DNA of 64,000 nucleotides, taken from positions 1 to 64,000 of the forward strand of contig NMRA01000330.1 in assembly GCA_002633005.1 (NCBI GenBank), read 5' to 3'. The notes beneath the pieces are model-generated. The model saw nothing but the letters and a program-made list of their open reading frames with translations. It searched no databases and was not told where the DNA came from. Below, in pieces: positions 1 to 12,700 of the stretch (positions within the stretch are counted from its first letter, which is position 1; each line of letters opens with the position of its first letter). This stretch comes from Phoronis australis (taxonomy: Eukaryota; Animalia; Phoronida). The translations under genes and the position numbers were made by a program.

Positions 1-665
1 GCTGTACTCATTTAAACCGCTAGAGCCCAAAGTCCCACGTTACGCTACACGGATGTAATGACCCATCTGTCACAATTATGATCCCACCTTGACCTGCAAC
101 TATTAGCGAGAATGTAGTCACACGGTAAAAAGTTCGCTTCTCAGTGCATGTCTTGGATTGTTTCCCAGTCAGGCAAGCACGGGGCGCTTAAAGCTTTCAC
201 AAATTATATGCTTGGATTAATCGATGTGCCCGGACAGCAACTGGGCCTATTGTGTTCCCGGGGATTTGAGAAGGATTAAATTATTCTCAAAATTCAAGAT
301 CATGCAATTCGTTCCAAAATATTGTCTAGTGCATTAAAACCGAACCACGTGATCGCACAAGCTTTTGTCGCATACTCTCGCTTAGACTACGGAACGTAAT
401 TATGGTTGAAACCACGAGCACTAGCGCAACGTGCCGTCATGAGTTTGGAGTCATTTAGTTTACGCAATCTCGCCAATGATATGAAGTTAGCATGATCATC
501 TCTCTTGGATATTCTTGCTCTCACAAGAGATTCTCGCCTTTTTGAATGCACGCCGAGATTCTAAACTGTATACTAACAGCGACGAATTGTCTATAGGTTG
601 GAAACATATTGCGGGAATGCTAATGCACCGGTTTGTAGAAATACAGCTATCGATATTACCCTTAC

Positions 666-785
666 CGGTATGTATGCCAATCCGTATACTGATCTCCCGT
701 TCATCAATGTTAGTTAGTCTAAAGTCTTCCACCACAGCTCTGATGTGAAGAGCCATACACGCAATTTCTTTAGCATGAAGGTTTC
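666..785 (-). CDS. Internal exon of a class III nucleotidyl cyclase (receptor-type guanylate cyclase-like) catalytic domain; may be an orphan or pseudogene fragment
   Basis: Minus strand tttcag|GA AAC CTT CAT...CAT ACC G|gtaag, 120 nt, phase 1-1. Translates (G)NLHAKEIACMALHIRAVVEDFRLTNIDEREISIRIGIHT(G), matching the HA-x-EIA-x-MAL...RIGIHTG motifs of membrane guanylate cyclases. Confidence 0.85.
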
Positions 786-963
786 CTGAAATAAAATCAG
801 TTATTAATTTACGCTGAGCGGAGATTGTGTAAGCAAATTTGACCTTGTATGACAGTCCAATTGTACAAAAATATATCTGTCAATTTACGTAATATATATT
901 TACACTCACGATTTTATGGGCGGGATGCCCACTGCTAAATCTGATTGGTCATGTTTGACCTGT

Positions 964-1030
964 GGTCCTGATGGCTCAGTGGCTAGTCTGCACGGATACC
1001 AGAAGGTCCTGTGTTCGAGTCCCGGAAGGG
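964..1030 (+). mobile_element. tRNA-derived SINE head or tRNA pseudogene
   Basis: Pol III A box TGGCTCAGTGG (972-982) and B box GTTCGAGTCC (1013-1022) at tRNA-like spacing; no intact cloverleaf. Confidence 0.55.
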
Positions 1031-1173
1031 GAAAGAAATCGTTTCGGACTTACATGTATATTCGTTAGGCCACGCGATGTGGCCAATAGGTGGCGTGTAG
1101 ACAGGACTTAAAATGTTTGTGATTATACAAAAACATGTTGAACCCTTCACACCATGGTTTCCACCATTTCTGG

Positions 1174-1794
1174 TATGATATTTTAAGTATTTCTTCTTTT
1201 ATGCTTTTATACGTTTAATCAAGAAATAAACGCAAAAGTTAAAAAAATAATTTTGTGTGACGTCATCAGTGATCCCGTCTCCGCCACTGGATTGTTCTAC
1301 ACCAGCCGCGAGCCGTAGTCGTCTCACTGAGTATTATGAAAAGTTGCATGTGCGGAGGATGCAGTAACAGCAACTGGACATACAATATTTCAAGTTTCTG
1401 CGTTTCCAAAAGATCGCACAGAAATGGCGCAGGTTCGTGCGTCAGACACGGGTATGCATTACACAGTGGATTCCATTTGAAGATTTCTTTCTGGATATGT
1501 CGCAGAAACTAAACTGATATTTGATGAAGGTTTCTGCAACCTGTAAGTGCATTTGATGGAGAAAAGGCGTATTGTGTTGTACCATCGCTAAGAACATATG
1601 GAGCATGAACCTCAGCATCAAATTGTGACTGAGATAATGAATGTGATTGCGGTAAGTTTCCATTAGTTTTTATTTTCTTCAAGATTATGCCTCTTTTTGT
1701 ACTGGCTAACACGTCTTTTTCTGAATCTCGTAGAGCAGGACGACTGCGTTTCGCCTTCGGACGCACACTTCATATCTCTACTTCTCCCCGCCAT
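1174..1794 (-). pseudogene. Decayed coding-like segment, copy 1 of a diverged ~500 bp duplication (partner 8099-8662)
   Basis: Clear nucleotide similarity to 8099-8662. On -, AAATGGCG start at 1794 gives MAGRSRDMKC...NLEENKN*, continuing after a frameshift as GNLPQSHSLSQSQFDAEVH. No family recognised. Confidence 0.35.
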
Positions 1795-2315
1795 TTGTAT
1801 AAATTCTGTTGACCTCTAGATCTGTGGCTGCGCATGCGTTGTTGTAATGTTTATAATCAGTTTGGCGGTCGGGATACTAAATTCTTTGTAAACATTTCAT
1901 TCGTTTGTAGTAATTACAACGATTTTTTCAAACTTTTTGCACAAGTTGAAAGTTAATAACTTTTTGAACTCCATATCACATCAAAAAACCGGCTTAAACG
2001 GCGTTAAGAGGTTTTTTCTTCTATAACTCGGACCATAGGCCTTTAAACTACGGTGGCAGAACATGAAAACCTGGTGTCAGCACTTCTAAACTCTATGGCC
2101 GAACCAAAAAACCCATGACTCAAAAGCAGGTCCAGAAAACTTAACACTTTGGCTGCAAGCATAACACTGCGAGCCCGCTGATTTTCTGACTGATGCCTTA
2201 GGGCTCCCAGTGTTTTCCGCCATTTTTGTCCTGTGTAACACTCTCCAATATGGCGTAATATTGACAACGCGAGCTGTATCTGAGTGGCGCGCGCCCGGTC
2301 TATGTGATGTCTACG

Positions 2316-2439
2316 GTTCAGACGCTAGGACCTACGTTAGGACCTCGCAAAATCTAGCCAAAATCACATGTTCTCATTTAAAACACACGGCAATATCTCG
2401 CGAATTTTTGTTTTTCGCGGGGTCCTGGCATTACCGAAC
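2316..2439. mobile_element. Short TIR element (MITE family A), copy 1
   Basis: Ends GTTCAGACGCTAGGACC...GGTCCTGGCATTACCGAAC; homologous to 15034-15174 and, inverted, to 12592-12700. Confidence 0.7.
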
Positions 2440-3037
2440 TCTACTCGGACTGAGCTAGCATCCCTGGGTTAGAGTTCTATGCGCTGTCATAAATTTTGCT
2501 CAAGCGCGGACGCAAACAGCCTGCACTACGCGCGTGCCGACTTGTTTATTGAACCGCACGCGCGCAAAATCTTGCTTTTGGAAGGGGCAGTACGAGCAAA
2601 GACGAATTAATAGATTCTGGTACTAGTAACAGGGAGTATACTACGCTCCTTTTTAGTAAGCCTAGGCCTCAAAAGTTATCACCAGAGAGGAGGCAGATCG
2701 ATTGAGAAGTTTGCATTTTTCAAAATTTGCAGATTTGAAGGCGACTAGACATGTACATTAAATAGCACTGAACATTCTAAATAGGCACTTGCCAAGAAAT
2801 CACAATGGCTTCTAGACTCGTGCTTTTGGAAACATTTAGTTGTTGGATGTGGAATGTCAAAACAGCCAAAAATCAAGACCATTATTATTCTAATTTCAAG
2901 ACCAGGATAAATCCATGCAGACTTCCAAAAAGTCCTGCCAAGATTTTTGAAATTTTTTGAAATCTTGACAAGAGTTTTTAAGATGATGGTGTGATTTTTA
3001 AAAATCTTCGAAATGGTAGAATGGTTTGAGAAATTCT

Positions 3038-3092
3038 TGGCAAGATTTTCAAACTTATTGGCAAGATTTTCAAACTTATTGGCAAGATTTTA
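3038..3092. repeat. 21-bp tandem repeat, about 2.5 units
   Basis: TTGGCAAGATTTTCAAACTTA repeated. Confidence 0.8.
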
Positions 3093-4572
3093 ACTTTTGT
3101 CGAGTTTACACTGGTCGTAAAGTGAAACTGGGGTCTTTTGACTTGATTTTTGCAGCATTTAAATAAAATGTTGAATATTACCATGATCTTGCAGTTTAAA
3201 TCTGTGTCGAATTTCCCCGGTTTTGGCATTCCAGAGTCGGGTGTCTATCGTGGGTACACACTTTCGTGGACCAAGTTGTCTTCTGGGTCTTGTAAAATTA
3301 GTGTGGGCAAACCAACATGGTGGAAAGACTGAATTTTTTCCATTTTTCATGGTTTTCACAAGCTCACATCTGCTGGAACACTAAATGGTTGTAAATGGAA
3401 AATATGCCAGCGAAATGTGCTTGGTCAACTGTTGCTACAGAAACCTTTCAATAATTTCCATGAAATACAAAAGGTAGTACAGGTGACAAACCAAGCTGCT
3501 TAAAACATTACATAATATTTATGATATTAGAATAAAAATCAAAATTAATGATTGGGCTAAAATTTTAACATTTTGTAAAAATATGTTCAATGATAACACT
3601 TTTTCGCCTCGAGGCAGCGCTGCAAGCAGTTTAATGAATTTAAAATTAGATGTTTTTTTTCAAATCACACTGAAACTGAGGTGGGAATGCCTTAAACTTT
3701 TTTCGAATTTCAAATTCACCCTTTTAGGTGTTCTTACCTACAAAATGTTTCCATCAGGATGTTCTTCAAGTAGTGTAAAATTGATTTGAAATTACAGAAA
3801 GTTAAGGTTCGGTTGAAATTTGTTTAATGAAAAATGTGTAGGTTGATTTTTTGTTGTATGATTTATAGTTTATGATCACAGAAAATTGTACAGTTCATAG
3901 AAAAAAGAATATTTAAAATATAATAATCAATGTTCAAATAAATTACGAAGTTCTTTAAATGTGGATAGTTTGATGTTTTTGCACTTTTTGTATATATTTG
4001 CAATCAATTTCTTTTAAAGAGTATTAAAATTTAAATGATGTTTTGCCAACCATAAGCAAATGCTGATATATTCTGACATTTCATTTCAATGGCATCATTT
4101 TTCATATTTCAAATTATCCTTCTTCAAATTTTGTTTCGAGGTCAAAGGTACTCTGTCACAAGCCGGAAAAGGTGATAGTGAATTTTGAAATTTACACTAT
4201 TCTCTCACTTGCAAATACAATATTTCATGATGTGGCTTTTATTTTATGTTGTTCAACTACATGAAAAGTACTGGTCACCTTGCCTTAAAGCAACAGTGGG
4301 CCATATTTTTTCAATTGCAGATCCTTAAACGTGCAAACAAATTTGCCTTCAAATTTCCGAGGGTACGTTTGCTGAAAAAAGGCCATTTTTGAGGCTCTAA
4401 ATTTTAAATAACTCCAGAACCGCCACGCATATTTCAAAAAGCAATGCAAATAACAAGTCAGTCAAAATCCATCATTTGCCACCATGCCAGGCCTACAACT
4501 TATAACTTACTCATGTGTTTCTGATGAAATTAGCATTTTGCTTTGCTCACTAAAGCTCACCCTAGTAAAATA

Positions 4573-5560
4573 CAGTGGCGCATTTCAGGGGAGGGGACAA
4601 GAGGGCTATGCCCCTCCCCCTCTAAAATTTTCCCATATTCCATTTGGCAGTTCTGGGGTGCGAATGTCCGACAGGCAAAATCCTAGCTAAGTATTAACAG
4701 TATACTCGGGAACCCAATGGTCGTCCGCCTAAGCATAAAACCGACTTGCTGTTGTACTCACCGAATTATTCCACTTCAAAGTTATGATCTGAATAGGATT
4801 CGATTTAACTCTCACAGATATACCGCATTCATCGATTCGGAAGTTTTCTTTAATTTGTGCCGAGTTATTTCAAATGTGCACTGCCTTCGGCAGCCATTTT
4901 ATTGTGACACCTAAGGTCGTCATATGCTGCCCCCTTTTGTAAAAACTGAGAAACATGCAGAAAAAGGCCAACGAAGTAATGAAAATTGCAACAGCCTGTT
5001 TTTATTGACATAAACTCGATTTGAAGCTTTGATGTTGAGCTCTGCACTGTGGTTTCCAATAAAAGCCAATTGGACAACATTTCAATGCAGTTTAATGGTG
5101 AATGCGTGAGGCAAAAATGTTAAGAACCCAGCGTATCGCATTTGTCTGCGGATTTTTCCTTTGGCATTCTAGATCCTACTAGTGCCTGGGACAAACAGAT
5201 ACATTGCATAAACAAACCCTGGATCATGTTTTGTGTCCCGTCCGAAGAGAATTTAAATTCGAAAACATCTTCTGAAAACGCACAAAAAAGTGTATTAGTA
5301 AAATCTACTGATTTTTAAGTGGTTTTAAAAAACAATCGGTAAACTCACCGATTTTTGTCTCATTACTTTGATACGTGTCTCTTCCGATAAGTTAGTACCT
5401 AACGTGCAGACGAGCACTCCAAATTGGAACGCTAAGTCCCGCGTGGTTGCGCTGCACGCGAAACAAGATGGCGGACGACCTTTGGAGCCTGACGACAATA
5501 GGTAACCGGACTATAATACTCTACCCTGCCCCCATCTCAAAGTCTTGGATCTGTCCCCTG
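4573..5560. mobile_element. CAGTGGCG-terminus MITE (family B) split by a nested ~815 bp insertion
   Basis: 4573-4690 matches the 5' part and about 5515-5560 the 3' part of the intact copy at 29188-29350. Confidence 0.75.
4701..5515. mobile_element. Nested non-autonomous DNA element with imperfect TIRs
   Basis: Left end TATACTCGGGAACCCAATGGTCGTC versus reverse complement of right end TATAGTCCGGTTACCTATTGTCGTC; subterminal GGTCGTCCGCC on both sides; interrupts the family B MITE. Confidence 0.6.
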
Positions 5561-6058
5561 AACTGTATTAAGTCTCTTGATCGATTTTCTCCGTGTTGAA
5601 AACATTCTAAAGCCCAGGAAAATGAGTTTTACTTGGAAGTGCAGAAAGTTGAAAAGGTGCCGAAAATTTGTAGGCTACGCATGGACATGGTACTATTGGA
5701 TTGGTAGACTAGAGTAGAGACGTTCATTGTTTTCAATCAAAAGCTTGCACTCATTTTAAACAAAATTAACAAATAAATAAACTAGTTTTGGCTTTCAGGT
5801 GGTGTTGTAGAGTTTCATACGTACCCCAGTCACTACGCATTTCAGGCCGGCTGAAAATATCAATGAAATTGTAAAAAATAAAATGAATAAATAATTTCAA
5901 AAACTCGTCGTCTGCAGCATCATCAACGCGAAGCAATCCCAGAATTCATTCACGACAGGGGACATAATCTAGCAGTTGGACAATAGATGGCGGTGTTGTT
6001 ATTGGCTTTGCGAGTGGATAGAATGACACACGCTAGCGAATACCGAGAATTTCCTAAA

Positions 6059-6310
6059 AAGGCCCATAAGCGGATATTCGGAAAACAACCTTTCAAAAAC
6101 GTCAAACAAAACGTACCGTCTTTTCGGAAACTGTCACATTAAAACTGTCCTTCGTACTGTACTAGTAGGACATCGAAACGTATCACATACGTATTTCAGA
6201 ACAGTCCGTCAGATTTCCAAAACATGCAAACAGTTACCAAAAATACATCCATGGACGTACTTCTGGAAAATTTTCCGAAAATATACCCATGCGTACTTTT
6301 AGGTGGGCCT
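6059..6310. mobile_element. Possible MITE with AGGCCCA termini and internal subrepeats
   Basis: AGGCCCA...TGGGCCT inverted ends; recurring TTCGGAAA/TTCCGAAA/CGTAC submotifs inside. Confidence 0.35.
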
Positions 6311-8098
6311 GCTTCCACGCGCGTTATTGCAATTTGCAAATAATTCCACGTTATTTAGTTTACGAATCGCTTAGAAACAAATTTGCTTTCTGGAAGGTGA
6401 GATTTGTATATCATCATGCACGTCCTTCTGTTGACGTGCTCATGTGTGACATTGTTTTCAAATGAAATTCATTTTGTCTTCTGTAAAATGATAATGGTAA
6501 AACAAAAACAAAACTCCTTCGAGAATATTGTGCGTAGAGTATCACTAGTAGTCAGAAGTATGGATTGTTTTAAATTCAACAACTTGCTGTTTTATAAACG
6601 GATTTAGAGGAGCAGCACTCCCCTATCCCAACGTAACAGTATACTGAATTTACATAACGAGGCGTTGTATGCAGCTTCGAACATTTTTTGTATTTCATGT
6701 ATTTTATTTTTGCATTTTGGTCTCATGTCACTTACACAGCAAAGTAAAATTAAAAAAAAAAAAACTATTAGATGGTCTTAGTTTCTATCGAACACGTCTG
6801 AAGGATATTTTCAATCGTAGTCTTTAATTGTACATGAGATTTTTATCGAGACGAGTGTAATGGTTTGCCAATCCATCTATCCACAATGAATTCCTCCGAA
6901 GAACATTGTAGAGTAAAATCCGGCTCATCTATTAGACAATGTCAAGACACGATACACAATGTCAGTTTGGAAATTTCCAACAATAAGCGTCAAAAACAAG
7001 AGAGTGTTTTTAGCCAGTATATTTGGTGCCATGTATTTTTCATCTCTACATAAAAATCACAAAAAGCGTCAAAATTAGAGTAAGCGTTTACGGTAATACC
7101 TATAAATGTCGGTATAGTAGAAAACGCAATTTTCCTCGTGATTGTGAATCAAATGTAAGGGCGATACCACAGTGTTTGTCATTTTTCATGAAAAATACAG
7201 CAAAATTGATCAGTTAGTTCCGTCCAATAATTGATTCTGTCACATGATTTATCGTTTTGTTGGAAATGTGGCAGATTTTAAGATAATAAAAATTCGACAG
7301 TATTCTTGAGCGAGACTGTGGCCATGCTCTATTCGAGTCAAACCTTTCAAAATTTGGGTTCTTAATCAGAAGACAGGAGGCCGTCGTGAGGCAGGCGCGT
7401 CTATGAGGTTTCCACTATTTGCCCGCTGCTTCTCGGATAGATGCCGCGGAAATATACCTTTGACAAAATATCATCTGTACTTCCAAAGATTTGCGCATAT
7501 TCAGAAATATTTGACCTTCAAAGGCTCGTTTCTTTGACGGTGATTAGAGCTTGCAGAAACTTTAATTTTAGTCTACAGAAAAGTTTGTAATGTGCTTACG
7601 TCCATCAAGGATATGTAGGAGTCTTGCCCACTGTCCAGCGATTGGTCACAAACTCCATATTCATATGTGTTTCATACACTGTTCTACAAAACGCTGTTAG
7701 GAATGGCTTTTAGAACGCTCCACTTTGGCATGAGGGGATATCAAAAATAGGACTTATGTGATTTTATGCAAAAAATTAAATTATATAAAACGAATGCGAA
7801 ATGATAGTTTAGAAAACTGCAACAGCGTTTTGACCGTTTGAAAGTTTATATCGTGCGAAATTTGGTTATGTCATTGATCCAGTGGCTTTGTTATGAATAG
7901 GCCTTCCTTATGCTAAATTTTCCTAAAAAACTAGCTCGTGTGACCTAATTGGTAGCAGATTGGTATAAAGTCAAAAATAAATTCTACGCAATTTTTATTT
8001 TTAAAAATATATACTTTCGCAGAGTTTTTTTGGCTAATGGGTACATATCTTTAAACCCTACACAACATGATCATGAATTCGGTTATCAATAATTTTGA

Positions 8099-8662
8099 TA
8101 TGGTATTTTAAGTATTTCTTCTTCAATTTTTATACTCTTAATCAAGAAATAAACGCAAAAAATAAAAAATATTTTTGTGATATCATCAGTGGATCCGGTC
8201 TCCGCCGTTGTCTTGTTCTAGGCCAGCTGTGAGCCGTAATGGTCTCAAAAACTGAGTTCTACTGAGTATTATGAAAAGTTGCATGTGCGGCGGATGCAGT
8301 AATAGCAGTCAGACAGACAATATTTCTGTTTTTGCTTTTCCTAAAGACCCTAGTGGCACAGGATCGTGCGTCGGGCAAGGATATGGTAGTACACGGTGGA
8401 GCAAGCAATCAGTTTAGGGGACACGCAGTGCTTAGCCAATTTTGAAGAATCGTACTTCGATTCGTCGCAGAAACGGAGATTTTATGAAGGTTTCTAAAAC
8501 GTGTAGGTGTATTTTATGGATAAAAATTACATTGTCGGTTGTGTCATAGCTAAGAACGGAGTTATCAAGTCTTTTTTGAGTATGAGTCTCAGCATCAAAT
8601 TGTGACTGAGATAATAAATGTGATAGAAGTAAGTTTCCATCAATCTGTTCTTGTTCAAGATT
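8099..8662 (-). pseudogene. Decayed coding-like segment, copy 2 (partner 1174-1686)
   Basis: Shares CTGAGTATTATGAAAAGTTGCATGTGCGG and CTCAGCATCAAATTGTGACTGAGATAAT blocks with copy 1. The minus frame reads NLEQEQIDGNLLLSHLLSQSQFDAETH, with stops nearby. Confidence 0.35.
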
Positions 8663-11600
8663 TTGTGGAAATTCATGCTATCCACATATACATTAATGCC
8701 CAATAGTAGAAAAGAAGGTGTAGATTTCACGCAAATAGTTTGAGGTCACTATCGCAGCCTGCACAGAGGCTGGAGTCGGAAACTGGACTGAAATAATCGA
8801 CGACTCACAACAGCACAAAGCTTTCAGAATTTTGGAACAGACAAGACATAAACGAGTATTATTTATCAGAAATAAAAATCCAGATAGCATCGTTATAATT
8901 AGGTGTGATCGTTACTGATAAAAGCGCTCGGCATTCGAAGAAATGAAATCATCAGTGTACACTATTTGCGACTGCACTTTGACAGTCAAGGTAAAAATTT
9001 TAGTTAGATTTACAGTTCAAGGCACATATTACTCGACACTAAAGTGATTAGATAATGAAATCGTGATTCAATAAAAGGCTTTAATTACTACTCTGAAATC
9101 ACGACTGTCCGCAGACTGAATAGGTTTCGGTTTAGCTTCACTGGCCGATTACGCCGGTGTGATAGGCCGGGTCGCGAAGTCTGCCAATAATAACAGTAAG
9201 TTCTCACTCATTACCTGTTTTATCTATGGCCTGAGTGTCGTCTTCACCCCCATCTCCATACCAGTTTGTCGTAATACTCGTCAAACTCGCTCTCTAAGAC
9301 TTCGTAACTTAAAAATCACTACTATATCCGCCATTGCACATACTGCCTGTTGATCGTCTTACACTCTGATGACATCACGTGGAGGGAAACCAGAAAAACA
9401 TTATTATTTCTTTAAAATTAAAAATTACTTAACTGTTTCTCAAAATAAGCGCTTGTTTAGTTATATTTTGTGTTACAAAATTATTATACATGGTGCAAAA
9501 CCTCTGAAAGTCTAAAAATCCATTGTGGGAACGCTTTAATACTGACTCCTTTGCATTTTCTTACAGTCATAGAAATGTGGTGTAAAGGCGGTGTTTGCAT
9601 ATCCCGCCAGTTCGTGGATTGCCCAAACATCCATCAGGCAGGTTGGCTGAGTGAGTTGACCCGGGTAATGCCATGGTGTAATTCGGTTTCAGCTTGACAT
9701 TATCTTTGTGAACGAGCGAAAAAGCAAGAATACGCGCGTAAAAGGTTTCGAAAGGGGGCTCACATGACATTCGTGTTTTTTTCGAGTCCCGGTTGCATTT
9801 ACCTCCATCGAGTTCATTAAAAATTGGCAACTGTTGGGCTGCCTGGTTATTATGAGTTATTTACTGCGCTTTCTCAATTTTGTTGATTACGGATTAATGC
9901 ATTTGCTTGACTTTTGGTTTGTTGTGATCGAATGAATACAACATTTTTGCCCATTTTAGCTCTGACGTGGCTTTGCTTATACCTTTGCTACCAGCAAGCG
10001 GAAAGTTGAAATTTGGGCTCAAAATCCGCGTACTCTTCAGCCGATTAAAGAGACTTTTTATGATTTGTCTTAGTAAAAAATTAACAAAAAGTTAACATGC
10101 AAGTTAGGGCAGTCAAAACAAAGACCAGATAATATTTATTCAACAAAACTCTAAATGTATATCTTAACTGAATTTAATAATATGAATTTTTTTAGTTTGA
10201 CTTTTGGTGGTCTAGTGAGTGACAGATCACTCGTGCATTATGGGTAGTCACTCAACTGCCGCCGTGATTAATGAAGTTTTCTAGTGAATCCCGCTCACTT
10301 AAAAAATCGAAAGAAATTGCTTATAGCAAAGAACGATTAAGATAAACAGGGCTAAAAATTACGAAATGCTTGGTGATATCTTTAGAGTGATAAATCTCAT
10401 TATGTGTTCTAAATTTGTGAGTACCTAATTTTACGTCCAAGAAACATAGAGGGAGTATTCAGCTGAAAAAGTCAAGTAAAATTCACCTTTCTATGATATT
10501 TTCTATTGTCGAATGCAAATGGTTTTATTGAAACCCGCCGTTCGCAAGTCAGTTAGGTCGTTCGCGTTTTCCCGCAAATAAAAAGGTGCAAAACAGTATC
10601 ATACAACCCTAGAATTGCTTACTGACACGTAATTTGAAGTCAGAGTATGAAGCAAAGCGAATATCTATATTGAGCAAATTTTGTTGAGCCTAAATTGTCT
10701 CTATTTCAGGTTGTTAATTAGCTTCTAATTAAGTGACAACTACTCCCATTTACTGTGTGACTTTATGGTAGACATTTGACGAGCAAATACAGAAATCACA
10801 GGATATGGTAACGATCTGATAATCGGCATTATTAGCCGGGTCATCAAGCTTGTTTCGTGCGGTATTTTGGCTTTCCGGAACTAGGCGTTTAAACGGAGAG
10901 AAAACTGATATTTTTGGGATCAGCTTCAACGCTGGATCAATAGAAACCCCCGCGGTCACAGTCTAAGATCATTCGATAAACGCAGAATATTTGGTGCTGT
11001 TTAACTGTACCGGCCTTGATTTCATCGAATGTCTGGCAGACATCAGCGAGCATTGGCAATCTGTAGTAAATTCATAAAAACAGAGTAGCTCAGGCTTCGT
11101 AGTTTACTCTCTGTACTCGAAACTTGACTAAAAAATTGACCAATTTCATGGCACGCTTCAAAGTAAATTACAAATTTGTTTTCGAATAACGCGGCTTGGA
11201 TTCGGATTTGTGTCTGGTACGAGTTGAAGTTCGGAGGTTAAACTTCGAGTCCTGGTCAAAGCTAACAACTCTGACTATCGCATCCAACAATAAACCCGAA
11301 TCGCCTTTTTTGAGCGTAAAACAGCCAAATGTCTCTTTAAAGCGAACTTTGATTCTCTTGAAATTGTCTTGATTTTATCCTTGTGTAGAGCACGACATGC
11401 GTACATGAAGTGCATGGTATGATTACAAGAGACTCAAAATCATGTTCTTATCTGTTGATCAACCCAAAACTTACGATAAAATAAACAAGGTGATGCATCC
11501 TTTTTTGATTTTTTGTCGGAATATGCGTTCAGAATAATACTGAAAGTACCTTAGTTAAATTAACATTTCGCTCTGTTTAGTTGGACAACAACGACAATCG

Positions 11601-12591
11601 AAAAAGGTATTCAACTGACTTTTATAAAATTTGTCTCAAATTTCCTTATGATTGTGGCTTGGTTAATGTTACCAGGGAGACCAAACAAACCGTCAACGGA
11701 CCAAGAAACGCAGGTCAAGAAACGCATTAAATCGTCGTATTTACCCTAAGAGTAATACAGTCCTAGATTTTGCTGGAGTTGACCAACCCTCTGCGAATTC
11801 GAATACGGCGCGAGAGAACTTACATTCAAAATTACGTTAGGTGAGGCACTTGACGCAACAAGAACTATTTCTCGTGAGTACATCGTAAGTCAACTTTTGG
11901 TTTTGGTTCTTCAAAATGTGTTTAAAATGACAAGAAAACAGTAGAATGCAGCTTTAAGAATTGCAACATTATCATGATTAATCTGTGAAAAAGTGACTTT
12001 ATTTCTATTTTTATTGATTTTTTGAGGACCAATTCAGAGAAAGACGGCGGTCACCGACACAGTGCCGGAAAAAAGCTTTCGACATAATAATGATAACTTC
12101 CTCCATAATTCACAGCGATTTTTTAGTTTAGAAATATATCACAAGGTCTTTTTATACCCCGGCACTGGAGGAGTGACGTTGTAATGAAAGGCCCTATAAT
12201 GCCAATGGTACATCTGTAAGGCTCAAAAGAGTCTTTCGTGTAAGGGTCAACACGTCGATGTTTTGGGAGTGCCGGTAGGTATGAACGGCTTCCTTAGTCC
12301 TGGGTAGATTTTAACAGCGCACTGAGTTGACTGAGAAGCAAACAGGTGGATTTCACAGCGGAGCGTCGACTCGTCAGTGTAGTATCCCAACAATTAACTT
12401 CGGTGTTATTGGAATTATCGGCAGGTGTCGCTGTCAATAAGGGTATTATTTTAACGGTTTTTTCAAATAGTCGTCATTTTAGCACACAAAGCACTGCATT
12501 TCATTTATAACTCTACCATATTTACAGAACTTCAAACAATTAAATTCTGTTGTATGCATTGTATTACGCGCTTGCCGAAGTACAAGGTACA

Positions 12592-12700
12592 GTTGAATAA
12601 CGCTAGGACCTCGCTAAAAAGCAAGACTGCGAGATTACGTGAGATACTGTCGTGTATTTTAGGTGAGAACGCGTGACTTTTTTGGCTACATTTTTCTAGG
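12592..12700. mobile_element. MITE family A, copy 2 (opposite orientation, one end degraded)
   Basis: TAACGCTAGGACCTCGCTAAAAAGCAAGA is the reverse complement of the 3' end of 15034-15174. Confidence 0.65.

Noticed and set aside
190-246. tag|GC CCA GTT GCT on - as the next cyclase exon (GPVA...)
   Set aside because: Only the first 4 codons fit. GVVG..MPRYCLFG does not follow, a stop appears within about 16 codons, and the acceptor lacks a pyrimidine tract.
905-943. Minus-strand AVGIPPIK|gtgagt as the preceding cyclase exon (ASGLP-like)
   Set aside because: Phase is incompatible with the exon at 785 and no ETIGDAYM lies upstream; at best a degraded remnant.
964-1030. Functional tRNA gene
   Set aside because: A and B boxes are present but acceptor and anticodon stems do not form; kept only as a tRNA-derived repeat.
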